The notes under the pieces are model-generated. The model searched no databases. It had not been told where the DNA came from and saw only the letters and a list, made by a program, of their open reading frames with translations. Of a stretch of 64,000 nt of DNA, positions 28,306 to 39,245 are shown one piece after another (within the stretch, counting starts at the first letter, position 1; every line of letters starts with the position of its first letter). Origin of the DNA: a virus; IMG/VR virus record IMGVR_UViG_3300025009_000054, positions 32,001-96,000 of that record; one strand, written 5' to 3'. The position numbers were made by a program, and so were the translations under genes.

Positions 28306-29432
28306 TTATCATCTTCCTCCATCATAGACGTTCCCATGTCAATTATTTCCTGAGGTTGACCAGCACTATATTCCATCCACATCGATACCAGATCAACTCT
28401 ACTGGATGTACCATTACCTATCATTTCCATGTCGATAGTCTTGATATTGAACTTGTAATACGGTGATCCCATCAATACACTCTTAATCTGGCCCCAGTTT
28501 ATTGAGGCATGTAAATCCTTTCGCATACCGATTATATTAATTCTAAGTAATAAATCTTTACTTGGCAAAGATTCTATATAATTGCATATGGAGTCGGTTG
28601 CCTCTGCGGGATTTAGGGTACTAAGATCTATCGGTGGTGAATCGATCATTGGACGTGTTGGTATTGGTATGGCGTCAATTGATATGCTATCCATAGCTGC
28701 ACTATACTTGATGTGATATGCATAACATGGTGCCGCCTCATCAAACCCACCACGCTCCGTACCACCTGGTATCAATACCAGCTTATCGGTGCCAGGATTC
28801 GGATATATGTAATGTTGATTATGATTATGTCCAACGATAGTAAGCCTTGCATTGTCCGGTATTTTATCCATGCGAAGTACGCATTGTGCACCACTTACAG
28901 GACAATCAGGAGTGGCTACATTAGTATGTGCTACGATTATATTATAGCACTCTTTTACTGTTACTATGGAATCCATATACTGATCGAACTGTTCCTGTGT
29001 ATCTACGTATGGAATAACGTGTACAACCACATCTATTGACGAGATCGGTATCACCCTCATATCACCATGAACAAATACCACGTTCTGTTGGAAATGGAAA
29101 GCTTCATCCATCACTGAGAATATGTGTCCAGTAGACGTAGTTTTCGGTGTACAATGGTTTCCAGCATCGACAATAACCATCTTCGCCACTTTTCCCATAA
29201 TTCTGTGCTGGTTTATGGCGAATGTTGTGGTACGTGAACTTGGTCTAACGCGCTCAAACAGATCGCCAGCATTTATGACAAAATCAGGCTTTAATTCCTG
29301 TACCTTCTGTGTACAGAATGCGAATGCATCCCTAAAGTCTAATTCCCTCATGTTAACGCCGTCTATGGTCTTATATCCCGCGCTATAATCTAGGTGCGGG
29401 TCTGAAAATACTATTGCCGTCCAATCTTTCAT
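28302..29432 (-). CDS. sbcD: SbcD/Mre11-like metallophosphoesterase nuclease
   Basis: SDPHL, AGDLFE, AGNH, AH, GHNH motifs; coupled to sbcC. Confidence 0.88.
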   Translation of the reverse strand: MKDWTAIVFSDPHLDYSAGYKTIDGVNMRELDFRDAFAFCTQKVQELKPDFVINAGDLFERVRPSSRTTTFAINQHRIMGKVAKMVIVDAGNHCTPKTTSTGHIFSVMDEAFHFQQNVVFVHGDMRVIPISSIDVVVHVIPYVDTQEQFDQYMDSIVTVKECYNIIVAHTNVATPDCPVSGAQCVLRMDKIPDNARLTIVGHNHNQHYIYPNPGTDKLVLIPGGTERGGFDEAAPCYAYHIKYSAAMDSISIDAIPIPTRPMIDSPPIDLSTLNPAEATDSICNYIESLPSKDLLLRINIIGMRKDLHASINWGQIKSVLMGSPYYKFNIKTIDMEMIGNGTSSRVDLVSMWMEYSAGQPQEIIDMGTSMMEEDDK

Positions 29433-29442
29433 AATCTCCTCT

Positions 29443-30792
29443 TTAATCTATCCCATCGCAGTCGATATCATCCTGTATTGCACTAAACCTAGTGAACTTA
29501 TCGCCACCCTGAAACTTTTTATATGATTGCATCTGATCTACATAGCCCCTACTAGAGTCAAATAATGGGTCTGGATGGTAATATGTGATATCACCCTCAG
29601 GCTGAAGATGATTTTGTATATCCGGCATCGCATCCTGCATCTCCTCGGATATGATATTATATATATCAGTAATGCGTCCACTAAGGTTAATTATACGGTC
29701 TTCATATTCCTCTTTAAGAACATTATACTCTTTTCGTAGATCATCAAGCTCATCTTTATGAGAAGCAATTACCTCATTACGTGTCGATCGTAATTCATTT
29801 ACAAGATCGGTACGCGATTCCTCAGTATTACTCTCCAAGTTTTCATCTTGAAATTTAGCTACCCATGACCTAACCAACCTACGTAATACGCCAGGGTGTA
29901 ACGCCTCAAGTGCGTCGAGTTCTACAGCTCCAGTACCAAATTCTAGTTCAAATCTAGCTTTCCTACGTTCAGTTTCCTTTATAGGAATACGTGGCAGATG
30001 ATATTGCTGTATTTGCTCCTGCGTCAACATGATAGGAATAAGTTGTATGTCTTGATCTAATCCTCTATCTTTAATAAAGTACTCAAGCTTCCTCGACACT
30101 GATACTGGCATCGTCTGTCCTGCAGGGTCAAAATCACTTATGTACAAAATGCGAGTTGGTTTTCCTACATCTTCAATCCTCTTAACGGCATTTAATGTCG
30201 CTGTAAGGGATAACTCACCGAGCCCCGTCACAAGGTTAACACTACGACCCTGACAGATTGGTAATAGTATATCATTCATGGTGGATTTCTCACACCATAT
30301 CTCTATATTTATTGGCTGGATTGTGTCATAATCGTATATGGTATATCTTGGCATATCAGGAAACTGAGGGAGCGTTACATCGCTAAACCCATATGTATCA
30401 ACATTTATCGATGGTTCGGCTGGTGGATTACTATATATATGCGGATCCGGATTGCGCCTATCGACAAATGCACCTGGGTCTACTAATCCTAGATATCTAG
30501 CAGCTTTAGCGGCTTCACTAATAAATCCCCAACATTTCTCAGTGTTATGATATGGATCACCATTGGGCATCATTGGTGGTGGTGACTGACTGACGAGTTG
30601 ATAATGCACACGTCTAATGTGTACACCGTAATCATAACCATATTCATCCCACAAACCTTTAAACCATCTAGCTAACGTCTTGTCACTCTCTGTACCGACA
30701 TAGAATGGATCATTATTGGGCGATAATGCGACTAGATCGCCTACACGGCACCCAATATCCTTAGCCATTCTCTTGATATCATCGTAATTCAT
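29443..30792 (-). CDS. Spo11/TopoVI-A-like WHD-TOPRIM protein
   Basis: IRRVHYQLVS (candidate catalytic Tyr), EIWCEK, ILYISDFDPAG, ELDALE; C-terminal coiled coil. Confidence 0.7.
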   Translation of the reverse strand: MNYDDIKRMAKDIGCRVGDLVALSPNNDPFYVGTESDKTLARWFKGLWDEYGYDYGVHIRRVHYQLVSQSPPPMMPNGDPYHNTEKCWGFISEAAKAARYLGLVDPGAFVDRRNPDPHIYSNPPAEPSINVDTYGFSDVTLPQFPDMPRYTIYDYDTIQPINIEIWCEKSTMNDILLPICQGRSVNLVTGLGELSLTATLNAVKRIEDVGKPTRILYISDFDPAGQTMPVSVSRKLEYFIKDRGLDQDIQLIPIMLTQEQIQQYHLPRIPIKETERRKARFELEFGTGAVELDALEALHPGVLRRLVRSWVAKFQDENLESNTEESRTDLVNELRSTRNEVIASHKDELDDLRKEYNVLKEEYEDRIINLSGRITDIYNIISEEMQDAMPDIQNHLQPEGDITYYHPDPLFDSSRGYVDQMQSYKKFQGGDKFTRFSAIQDDIDCDGID

Positions 30793-30807
30793 ATTATTTA
30801 ACCCTTT

Positions 30808-31026
30808 CTACTGATATCCATGCACATACATCGTAAACATGCTCTGTGTCCACTCATCGATACGAGCCCTACCAGCACTAAGTGGGCACGCACTGAATAG
30901 CGTGCCCTTCTTATGTGCGGTAAGCCATGCCTCATACTGCGCAGATTTCTTATTATACACTATTTCCAGTAGAGGCATTATTCCATCAACAGGACCACTC
31001 ATTCTAGTCCTACTATGACTAATCAT
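30808..31026 (-). CDS. Hypothetical protein
   Basis: ORF track. Confidence 0.4.
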   Translation of the reverse strand: MISHSRTRMSGPVDGIMPLLEIVYNKKSAQYEAWLTAHKKGTLFSACPLSAGRARIDEWTQSMFTMYVHGYQ

Positions 31027-34000
31027 TATCCAGCACCCTCAATTAACGTAATATTGGACACTACCAGTTGTGGCTTATCCCTATTATTCGATACCTTACC
31101 TCGCATCATGCAAATAACACCGTTCTTAGCATATTCACCACAATTGATATATGCCTTGGGGAATATTACAAAGTCTAGTGTCTGTTCATCATCAGCAATA
31201 ACTCCCATACACATATCTTCTTTCTTCGCATGTGTCTTAACAATACGCGCCGATGAAATTCGCCCTAAGACGGTTAATTCACAGCCCTCATTGGCTAGGG
31301 CAGTATCCATGCTTACAGCTTCATGCGTGAGAACCTGGTATCTCTCTTTGTAATAGACGAGCGATGATACCGTTAGCTCATTACCGAGTAAACTACGCTC
31401 AGCATTTGCTATTTCTACATGTGACATGCCAGCCGCAATTCTACAACCTGGATTTACTACCTCAAATGCTCCAGCTTTAAATAGTGCTTCTCTCATCGCG
31501 GAGTTAACTATCTTGGCAGGCATCCTGGCCTTTAGATCATCGATTGAAGTGAATGGACCGTTGGCATCACGTTCCACTATGATTTTCTCTGCGCATCCAG
31601 ATATACCTCTAACTGACTGCAATCCTAGATATATAGACCCATCAGTTGGTGTATATTCACATAACGATGAATTGATATCCGGTGGCCTGAGATGGATTCC
31701 ACGTTTTCTACATTCCAGAATGAGTGTGGGCTTTCTATCTTCCTTCGCGTGATTGAGCATCGCCGCGAAGAACTGCGATGGGTATTTTGCTGATAGCCAT
31801 GCTGTCCAGCATGTAATTACTGCATAACTTGAAGCGTGTGCCCTATTGAATGAGTATCCTGCGAAGAGCTCTATGTTGTCCCATAGGGCAGTCGCCTTCT
31901 CCCTGGACATACCTCTCTCGACTGCTCCATTAGTAAACGCTTCCCTATAAGGCTGTATTATTTCTTTCTTTTTCTTCGATACAGCCTTAACGATCTTATA
32001 ACCATCCATCTTGGAGAGCCCACCAACGCGACCAACTACATCCATAATCTGTTCCTGATAGACGAGTACTCCCCACGTATCATCAACGCTTGGCCACATT
32101 AGAGGATGGACGTATGCTACACCTTCTCTAGATTCTCCATCACCAATTAGGATAGCTTCGGTACCATTTTTACGTCTAATGTACGACGGTCCACCAGTTT
32201 CAAGCGGTCCAGGTCTAAATAGTGCAACAGCAGCAACTATATCACCAAACTCCGTTGGCCTCATACTCATGATAAACGATGTGAATCCTTGACCCTCTAA
32301 CTGAAATACCCCACACGTCTTACCTTGTTGTATGAGCTCATATATCATTGGGTCATTCAGATCTATATCATTAGTGGTTGGCTGCCCTGGTATGTGTTTT
32401 AGTGCATCTCGTATAATTGATAGATTCTTGAGTCCCAATATGTCGAGCTTTAGTAATCCAACAGCAGCAATAGCATCCATATCGAACTGCGTAATAATCT
32501 GTTTCATTCCCTTACCATACTGGAGCGGAATCAGATTATAGAGCTCTTCCTCTGCTATAACAACACCACCTGCGTGGACGGATTCAGCACGTGGCATTCC
32601 CTCAACGCGCAGAGCGTCAGTGTACAGCTTTTTAAAGTACGGGTCATTATCTACTGCGTTTCTGAATGGTACTTCATGCTGATATACAATTGGCAGACTT
32701 AGTTTATGTAGGACTCCATCAATAATGATGTACGGATCTTCTGGGATAAGGTCAGTTAGTGATGCGACACCATGTACACCGCATGCCCTTGCCATATCCT
32801 TAAGTGCCTGTCTTGGCCCCAGCGTGCTGAATGACTGAATCTGTACAACCTTATGGTCACTTCCACCATAAAGATCACCCATGTGCGCAATAATCTCACC
32901 GCGTCTATCGGAATCGAAGTCTATATCGATATCGGCGGCAGTAGCATCACGACCCTCTCCCATAAATCTCTCATGCATTAGTCTGTGTTCGAGTGGGTCT
33001 AACATCGTGATACCTAGTAGCCACGATACTATCATTCCAGAAGCACTACCTCTTCCTGGACCATGTACAATACCATGTTCATCTGCGTAATCTACACAGT
33101 CAGCTACGATTAAAAAGATGTCTGATAATTCCTTATCATACATAATCTTGAGTTCTTCGTTAAGTCTACCACAATACTTATCATTGTACAAACCCAAAGC
33201 TTTTAATTTGTTCCAGCATTTATCTTCGAGTTCCCTATATGCACTATCGTACTTATCCTTATTAAACGGATATCTAGGAAGCATCTTCTGTGGTAGTATT
33301 GGTGTTACGTCTTCGCATCGCTTATATATGTCGAATGTGCCATCACTAATACCTGGGAAGATCGATAGCATCTCCTCTGGTGATTTAAGGTAGCAATCCT
33401 CACTATACATCATATCAGATTTCTTGGTAGAATCAGCCTCATCATCAGCACGTTTCTTACCAGAAGTATGTATCGACATCATTTGGCAATGCACTTCATG
33501 ATCTTCCTTTGTGAGGAAGTGAGCATCATTTGTTATAATGAACGGTATACCCTGAATATTGCCTTGTTCAATAAGGAATTCATTGAGTGGCTTCTGTGGT
33601 GCATACCCATTATCCATTAGCTCAAGATAGAACCTATCACCAAACAAGTCTCTATATTGATGTATGGCCGCTATTGCGTCATCTTCACGTCCAGCCGTAT
33701 ATAACTTTCCGACCTTACCAGCTATACATGCTGTGGTGCATATGAGTCCTTCACTGTGTGCCTCTAACATTGGCCAATCAATACGTGGTTTGTAATAGTG
33801 GCCAACTAGATATCCATGTGATGTTAGCCAGCATAGGTTTTTATATCCAATCTGATTCATCGCTATGAGTATGATATGGTTATTTGTACCTTCGGGATTC
33901 TTCTCTTTAATCCTGCAATCACTATCAGGATTCGATACATAGAGCTCTGCGCCTATAATCGGCTTAATTCCCTCAGCGACACATGCCTTGTGAAATTCGT

Positions 34001-34151
34001 AAACACCAGCCATGGATCCGTGATCAGAGATTCCTATCGCTGGCATCCCAAATTCCTTGGCTTTCTTAGCCATTTCCTTAGGTTTCATCATCCCGTCTAG
34101 TAAGCTATAATAGGAGTGGTTATGAAGTTGTATATGCCTATTTATTGCCAT
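31026..34151 (-). CDS. dnaE: DNA polymerase III alpha subunit (family C)
   Basis: PHP HNHSYYSLLDG, GPGRGSASG, DIDIDF, KLDILGL, YSFNRAH, C-terminal OB-fold; start moved to MAINRH behind AGGAG. Confidence 0.95.
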   Translation of the reverse strand: MAINRHIQLHNHSYYSLLDGMMKPKEMAKKAKEFGMPAIGISDHGSMAGVYEFHKACVAEGIKPIIGAELYVSNPDSDCRIKEKNPEGTNNHIILIAMNQIGYKNLCWLTSHGYLVGHYYKPRIDWPMLEAHSEGLICTTACIAGKVGKLYTAGREDDAIAAIHQYRDLFGDRFYLELMDNGYAPQKPLNEFLIEQGNIQGIPFIITNDAHFLTKEDHEVHCQMMSIHTSGKKRADDEADSTKKSDMMYSEDCYLKSPEEMLSIFPGISDGTFDIYKRCEDVTPILPQKMLPRYPFNKDKYDSAYRELEDKCWNKLKALGLYNDKYCGRLNEELKIMYDKELSDIFLIVADCVDYADEHGIVHGPGRGSASGMIVSWLLGITMLDPLEHRLMHERFMGEGRDATAADIDIDFDSDRRGEIIAHMGDLYGGSDHKVVQIQSFSTLGPRQALKDMARACGVHGVASLTDLIPEDPYIIIDGVLHKLSLPIVYQHEVPFRNAVDNDPYFKKLYTDALRVEGMPRAESVHAGGVVIAEEELYNLIPLQYGKGMKQIITQFDMDAIAAVGLLKLDILGLKNLSIIRDALKHIPGQPTTNDIDLNDPMIYELIQQGKTCGVFQLEGQGFTSFIMSMRPTEFGDIVAAVALFRPGPLETGGPSYIRRKNGTEAILIGDGESREGVAYVHPLMWPSVDDTWGVLVYQEQIMDVVGRVGGLSKMDGYKIVKAVSKKKKEIIQPYREAFTNGAVERGMSREKATALWDNIELFAGYSFNRAHASSYAVITCWTAWLSAKYPSQFFAAMLNHAKEDRKPTLILECRKRGIHLRPPDINSSLCEYTPTDGSIYLGLQSVRGISGCAEKIIVERDANGPFTSIDDLKARMPAKIVNSAMREALFKAGAFEVVNPGCRIAAGMSHVEIANAERSLLGNELTVSSLVYYKERYQVLTHEAVSMDTALANEGCELTVLGRISSARIVKTHAKKEDMCMGVIADDEQTLDFVIFPKAYINCGEYAKNGVICMMRGKVSNNRDKPQLVVSNITLIEGAG

Positions 34152-34192
34152 TAAAGAACTCCTTCTCGTTACTACTCTTAAGTTCAAAACGA

Positions 34193-34642
34193 TTACGATC
34201 CGCTTGATAACTCACGCTCTATAGCTTCGAGTTCCAACTGTGCCCGTAAATCTGGGCTTATAATGTCTTCAAGGCGAGATTTCAGTATATCCAGCTTTTT
34301 CCTCTTTGAAGTAATCTGTACCTTTCCAATACGCATTTTTAGATCGTCAATCCAGTCATCTACGGTAAATCCGGACCACTTAAATGGTGGTGTATCTGTA
34401 CCGAGCCCTAATTTCTCTATAGCTATACAGTACGCTGTTTCACGTTCTATTAGGAAGGCAGCAACATTTATTAATGTAGATACATTAGATTCTACATGGA
34501 GATTGATAGCATCTGCCCTCCCCTCTATATATGAGAACGAACAATTAGTTTTCCATACTGGATGGTCAAGCTTGCTTATTTCAGCTTCCTGTCTCCGGAC
34601 CTCAGTAATAAGTTTTAGGGTTCTTTCATCAGTCTGCGCCAT
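34193..34642 (-). CDS. Conserved phage hypothetical protein
   Basis: WKTNCSF...WIDDL...coiled tail; GGAGG RBS. Confidence 0.65.
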   Translation of the reverse strand: MAQTDERTLKLITEVRRQEAEISKLDHPVWKTNCSFSYIEGRADAINLHVESNVSTLINVAAFLIERETAYCIAIEKLGLGTDTPPFKWSGFTVDDWIDDLKMRIGKVQITSKRKKLDILKSRLEDIISPDLRAQLELEAIERELSSGS

Positions 34643-35744
34643 TATCTTTTCCTCCTATAGGTTCTAATCCATATGCGTGCACGATACACTCAGTTCCGCT
34701 TTCTAGTAATGCATGGAGTGATAGGCTCGTTGGTTCCTTCCATGGTATTGAATTATAGTAATGAGTCATATTGTGTTGTTTCATATACTCCGGTGAGTAT
34801 GCCTCACCTGATGCCCATTCACACCATAGCATACCATCACGTAACGTAAATGCATAACTACGTCTAATCCTTAGAATTGCAGATGTCTCATCCCTCCAAA
34901 TTGTATGTTCTTTGGAATAATAATAATATATGCCATTGTCTTCCGTAAACCAACTATATTTTATGTCAATACCATCAACCAAGAATAGACTCACAATCTT
35001 ACTGCCGTACTGTGATTTGTAATACGACTCCACTAGCTCAGCATAGTTACTAGCAACTGAATCGCACTCAAGCTTTCCTAATTTAGACATATTATAATGG
35101 AACACAAATTCCTGCCCATTCCAGAATACATACGGTTTAGTAATTCCACGTTCCTTATCTCTACTATACGATGTGGACGTTGAAGTTGGCATATATCTAT
35201 CGAACTTACCAACGTATGTCATGGTTTTAAGGTCTTTCATGGTATAGGATGCACCAGGGATGAGTTCCCTCGCCTTAACTTTCTGTGACATAAGGTTAGT
35301 ATGTTCCCTAGATACCTGGTAGTCCTGGGCGGTTACTGGTAGTAAAACTAAATCTGAGCCATGCCACGCATATACGAACTGTCCCTCTAAACCTTTACCA
35401 CGACTACAATCACACTCGCTTAGTATGAAGAGTAAATTCGGGATTGTAATTTCGAATTCGAACCCGCGTGGGTCATATACCCTTACATACGCCTGTCTCT
35501 GCTCCCAGGAGTGTCCATGCGTACCACCAACATTTTTATTTAGTACGAACCCATCAGTTGGCGCATTTACATATTCAATAGGTTCGATCTTTTTGTCACG
35601 CCAATTCTTCCATGACGTTTCCTTGCGTAATATACCTTTTTGATCGAAATATATGATATACGCCAATTTACCTGTATATGTCCCAGAACGATCTTGAAAT
35701 CCAACGTTTATTCGATCTGGGATAAAGAGTTGCTTAGATTGCAT
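34629..35744 (-). CDS. Conserved phage hypothetical protein
   Basis: VGFQ.R..TYTGKLAY...RVYDPRGFEFEIT..NLLFIL pattern. Confidence 0.65.
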   Translation of the reverse strand: MQSKQLFIPDRINVGFQDRSGTYTGKLAYIIYFDQKGILRKETSWKNWRDKKIEPIEYVNAPTDGFVLNKNVGGTHGHSWEQRQAYVRVYDPRGFEFEITIPNLLFILSECDCSRGKGLEGQFVYAWHGSDLVLLPVTAQDYQVSREHTNLMSQKVKARELIPGASYTMKDLKTMTYVGKFDRYMPTSTSTSYSRDKERGITKPYVFWNGQEFVFHYNMSKLGKLECDSVASNYAELVESYYKSQYGSKIVSLFLVDGIDIKYSWFTEDNGIYYYYSKEHTIWRDETSAILRIRRSYAFTLRDGMLWCEWASGEAYSPEYMKQHNMTHYYNSIPWKEPTSLSLHALLESGTECIVHAYGLEPIGGKDNGAD

Positions 35745-36052
35745 TAATCTTGTCTCCTATTCTTTGAGAACTTTTCTGGGTCTACAAACTTCGTAGTACA
35801 CCGTGTACAATAATATCCACTTATGTTAAGGAATACCATTGTGAGTATTATAGACGATGTATACTCTGTAGTAAATTGATTTGACCCACATATGGGACAC
35901 ACAAAATTACTAATCGCTGGTGGTTTTTGTTTGCGAGATTCGATATCTTTAATATACTCATCGAACAACATCGGTGCTAATCTATCTAAATCTTCGGTGT
36001 GGAGAACTTTCTTGGGACAAACTGGGTCTTGTGGCATAAGGTGTACCTCCAC
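35744..36052 (-). CDS. Zn-ribbon protein
   Basis: CPIC...CTRC. Confidence 0.5.
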   Translation of the reverse strand: MEVHLMPQDPVCPKKVLHTEDLDRLAPMLFDEYIKDIESRKQKPPAISNFVCPICGSNQFTTEYTSSIILTMVFLNISGYYCTRCTTKFVDPEKFSKNRRQD

Positions 36053-36097
36053 ACCCTATATAAATGTGGAGGTACAAGGTATTCTAACGACAGAGAG

Positions 36098-36907
36098 CTA
36101 CAGCATGCTGTGGAATGCCGGTATCGTCATGGCATAATCACCAACTATATCCCATACTATCTTTCTATCGGCAGCATTGAATATTTTATCTGTAGGGTTA
36201 TGTCTTTCGGATCCTGGCATCCTAAAGCTAAATATTGATGTCTTTGGAAAATCTCCAGATTCTGTACAAGCACGACCCATACCATTCGATAGGGTGTGGT
36301 CCATTACATATCCACCACCTATACTAAGTATCACTCCACCATTGACTATATCTCTTGCTAGGAGGTATGCCCTAAACGTATCATGGACTAAAGCGTGGCC
36401 CCAATCCATCGCCCTATCATCATAGCTAGCCATTGAGCAGAATTTATCGACACCAATGGCAGTATGGATTGTCACCGGCACTTTCTTCTGCCATGCGAGT
36501 TTTGATATGCATGTGCCCATACCGAACTCGTTCATATGCATAGAGATTGCATATCCCATGCCATGCGCCTTTGCTGCCTCGCTACCCGCTACATCGTTGA
36601 TAATATTTAGCGTGTCTTCATTCCACACAGCAAGATTGGGATAAGCCTCATCAACTACAATTTGTCCATGCAATCCTAAATCCATATCGCAAGATATGGC
36701 CGTACCATTCATCATTATATGGGATATATATCCACGATCAATCCAATCGCATATGTATGTACTATAACCCTGCCTCATCACATCGCCACCGAGACAAAGT
36801 ACAACGCCCTTACGAGGACTCATTTTATGAAGGGCTCTTATCGTGGACGCTGCCTGTGCTATATCTCCACCCATCATTCCATTTGGTGCTACTACTGGTA
36901 AATGCAT
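36098..36907 (-). CDS. Deoxyhypusine-synthase-like (DHS-fold) protein
   Basis: VVLCLGGDV..QG....I.DWIDRGYISHIMMNGTA..D; VPVTIHTAIGVD; GGVILSIGG. Confidence 0.6.
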   Translation of the reverse strand: MHLPVVAPNGMMGGDIAQAASTIRALHKMSPRKGVVLCLGGDVMRQGYSTYICDWIDRGYISHIMMNGTAISCDMDLGLHGQIVVDEAYPNLAVWNEDTLNIINDVAGSEAAKAHGMGYAISMHMNEFGMGTCISKLAWQKKVPVTIHTAIGVDKFCSMASYDDRAMDWGHALVHDTFRAYLLARDIVNGGVILSIGGGYVMDHTLSNGMGRACTESGDFPKTSIFSFRMPGSERHNPTDKIFNAADRKIVWDIVGDYAMTIPAFHSML

Positions 36908-36921
36908 ATAATACTCCTTCC

Positions 36922-37572
36922 TTATTTTTTATAGAGCAAGATATTCCAGTTATATTCTTTATGTAGATTTAGTCCATTATATTCAGCATCCATTAGTAGT
37001 GGGTGCGTTACGTCATATTCATTAATTCCACCATGTTTCTCAAACAGGATATCCCACCATTCACGTGGTTTATACGTGATATGCGTTGGATCGTCATCCT
37101 TATATTCAGGTGGTGGTGCATCGAACAACAAACTAGCATATACACGTCCACCTGGTTTAAGTATACGCATTATTTCACTGATCATCTTATCACATTGATC
37201 CTCAGGCACATGCTCAAATACCTGCGACGAATGGATAAAATCAAACGTGTCATCTTCAAATAGGCTTAGATTACTATCTTTGATGCACATTAATCTGTTT
37301 CTAAGGGCTCCATCAATAAGATTTTCATCAGATGTGGAATACGTTGATACGTCAACCCCATATGCATCGACGTTATTTCTTACACACGACAATACAAACG
37401 TGCCAAATGCGCAACCAAAATCTAGTACTATTTTACCACTTAGATTATAGACATTATCTATGCCGTAATAATAAGCGACTTGCCAATCACCATATGCCCT
37501 CATATCGTTCTTAGCTTTATCTACCGCCCACTCATCAAAATATTCAACTCCAAAACCTTGATATTTATTCAT
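36922..37572 (-). CDS. Class I SAM-dependent methyltransferase
   Basis: VLDFGCAFG, GVDVS, FDFIHSSQVFEH, RILKPGG. Confidence 0.9.
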   Translation of the reverse strand: MNKYQGFGVEYFDEWAVDKAKNDMRAYGDWQVAYYYGIDNVYNLSGKIVLDFGCAFGTFVLSCVRNNVDAYGVDVSTYSTSDENLIDGALRNRLMCIKDSNLSLFEDDTFDFIHSSQVFEHVPEDQCDKMISEIMRILKPGGRVYASLLFDAPPPEYKDDDPTHITYKPREWWDILFEKHGGINEYDVTHPLLMDAEYNGLNLHKEYNWNILLYKK

Positions 37573-38216
37573 ATTTCCTCCAAATTAGATTTTTTTATGA
37601 AGACTATACTCTTGTAGAAACTGACAGACTCTATAGTATTCCTCATATTATTAGTATTAGATGGTGGTGATACGCGCTGTGGTGCCGAGTTAGAATGTCT
37701 ATCTTTACTATTACCATAATCATTAACAACGTCAATAATATTGGCCGTATACTCTATAAAACTCTGTGGACCAACACCCCAACCATCCCAATATGACGTA
37801 TGTAAGTCTTCTACTACATATATACCACCTGGTTTCACGCTATCCCACAAGTCATTAAACGATGATATTTGGCTCTCCCACAAATGACATCCATCGTCTA
37901 TAATGACATCAAACTTGCCATACTTCGTCACTACATGATTAATAAAATTCTTATCGTTACTATCACCTATTTCAATAGATATTCTAGTATCACGATATAC
38001 CTCACATCTAGAGTCTATATCAATACCTACAATATCACCTAGTGGGAAATATTCCTGCCACATCCTCATGGACTGACCATGATCAACACCAATTTCTAGC
38101 AAGCTAATTGGTGATAACTCAAGATGGTTAAATTCCTTCTCATATGCCACCATATAATTATGCCCACCGGATGCCTTATCAGTACCATATTTCTGTGCGA
38201 TTTGGTCAAGTATCAT
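37569..38216 (-). CDS. SAM-dependent methyltransferase (sugar O-methyltransferase-like)
   Basis: YGTDK..HNY, LLEIGV..G.S.RMW..YFP, FDVIIDDGCH, GGIYVVED. Confidence 0.85.
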   Translation of the reverse strand: MILDQIAQKYGTDKASGGHNYMVAYEKEFNHLELSPISLLEIGVDHGQSMRMWQEYFPLGDIVGIDIDSRCEVYRDTRISIEIGDSNDKNFINHVVTKYGKFDVIIDDGCHLWESQISSFNDLWDSVKPGGIYVVEDLHTSYWDGWGVGPQSFIEYTANIIDVVNDYGNSKDRHSNSAPQRVSPPSNTNNMRNTIESVSFYKSIVFIKKSNLEEI

Positions 38217-38225
38217 GCTATCCTC

Positions 38226-39245
38226 CTAACTATCGACGATACACTTAACAGTATTCCATCTTTCGATGAATTTACTAGTGGCAAACTCAGTACCTACAAT
38301 ATTGAGTGCGTATTCCCTACAGTGATTATAAAATCCTCTGTCATCAAGGAGAATCTGATACGCCTTGACAGCTTTATCAATATCGAGCATTGGGTCAAAT
38401 GTCAGGTCTGGGAATAGCATATATTGGGTTTGCTGATGTATAGACCCTATTACTGGTATACCCATTGATGCGAGGTCTAGCGACCATCTTCCCCATGTAC
38501 CGAGTGAGTCCAAGTTGATTCCTATTGTACACCTACTGTATATTTCGTAGAACTTATCATAAGATGTGGTATCGTGTACCGTAACATTTTCAAACCCGTT
38601 ATCAGCCATAAAACTACTGACTGTATCGGGTATAGGTTTACGCGTAATAAGATTTACCTTGGTATCTGACTGCTTAGTAAGATATAAGTTACCTATAAAA
38701 TTTCTACTTAATGCCCTAAGTGCATCAGGTGGTACTCCATTAACTGCAACGATTGGAGTACTACCAAACTTAACATCTGCCGGTAGTCTATAGCGTCTAC
38801 TTACCTCTTCCCAGAATGGTATGCCTAAATATAGTACTGGCTTATCAGTTAGCATTTGATAGAATGGTCCAGATCTATCCACTATTGTACAGTATGCATC
38901 AAATGACTGCATTATCTTCATCAATAGATGACATTCTGGTATGAAATCTCTACGTAAGATATCCTGATATGCACCCTCAGCAAGGCCAATCACCTTAACC
39001 GTCGATGGTAACATTTCCCTAATACGTAGTATAGTTTCTAGATATGTTACATCAATATTTAAGTTTACTATTATATGTGAATACTGGCTGAGTATATCTA
39101 AATTATCAAAATGATTTCCACTTATCATATCACCATTTAAGATATACGGTATGCCAGCTACGGAATGCTCCATGGCACCGGGACCATCATATTTTAATAC
39201 GCATGGAGCATATACTATGACAGCAATCTTATCATTTTGCATCAA
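38226..39245 (-). CDS. GT-B fold glycosyltransferase-like protein
   Basis: C-terminal TWGRWSLDLASMGIPVIGS resembles the GT4 donor-binding motif; cluster context. Confidence 0.6.
   Translation of the reverse strand: MMQNDKIAVIVYAPCVLKYDGPGAMEHSVAGIPYILNGDMISGNHFDNLDILSQYSHIIVNLNIDVTYLETILRIREMLPSTVKVIGLAEGAYQDILRRDFIPECHLLMKIMQSFDAYCTIVDRSGPFYQMLTDKPVLYLGIPFWEEVSRRYRLPADVKFGSTPIVAVNGVPPDALRALSRNFIGNLYLTKQSDTKVNLITRKPIPDTVSSFMADNGFENVTVHDTTSYDKFYEIYSRCTIGINLDSLGTWGRWSLDLASMGIPVIGSIHQQTQYMLFPDLTFDPMLDIDKAVKAYQILLDDRGFYNHCREYALNIVGTEFATSKFIERWNTVKCIVDS

Noticed and set aside
26566-30792. Complete Wadjet (JetABCD) system
   Set aside because: The SMC has a Rad50-type zinc hook and an Mre11 partner; no JetA/JetB-like genes are evident.
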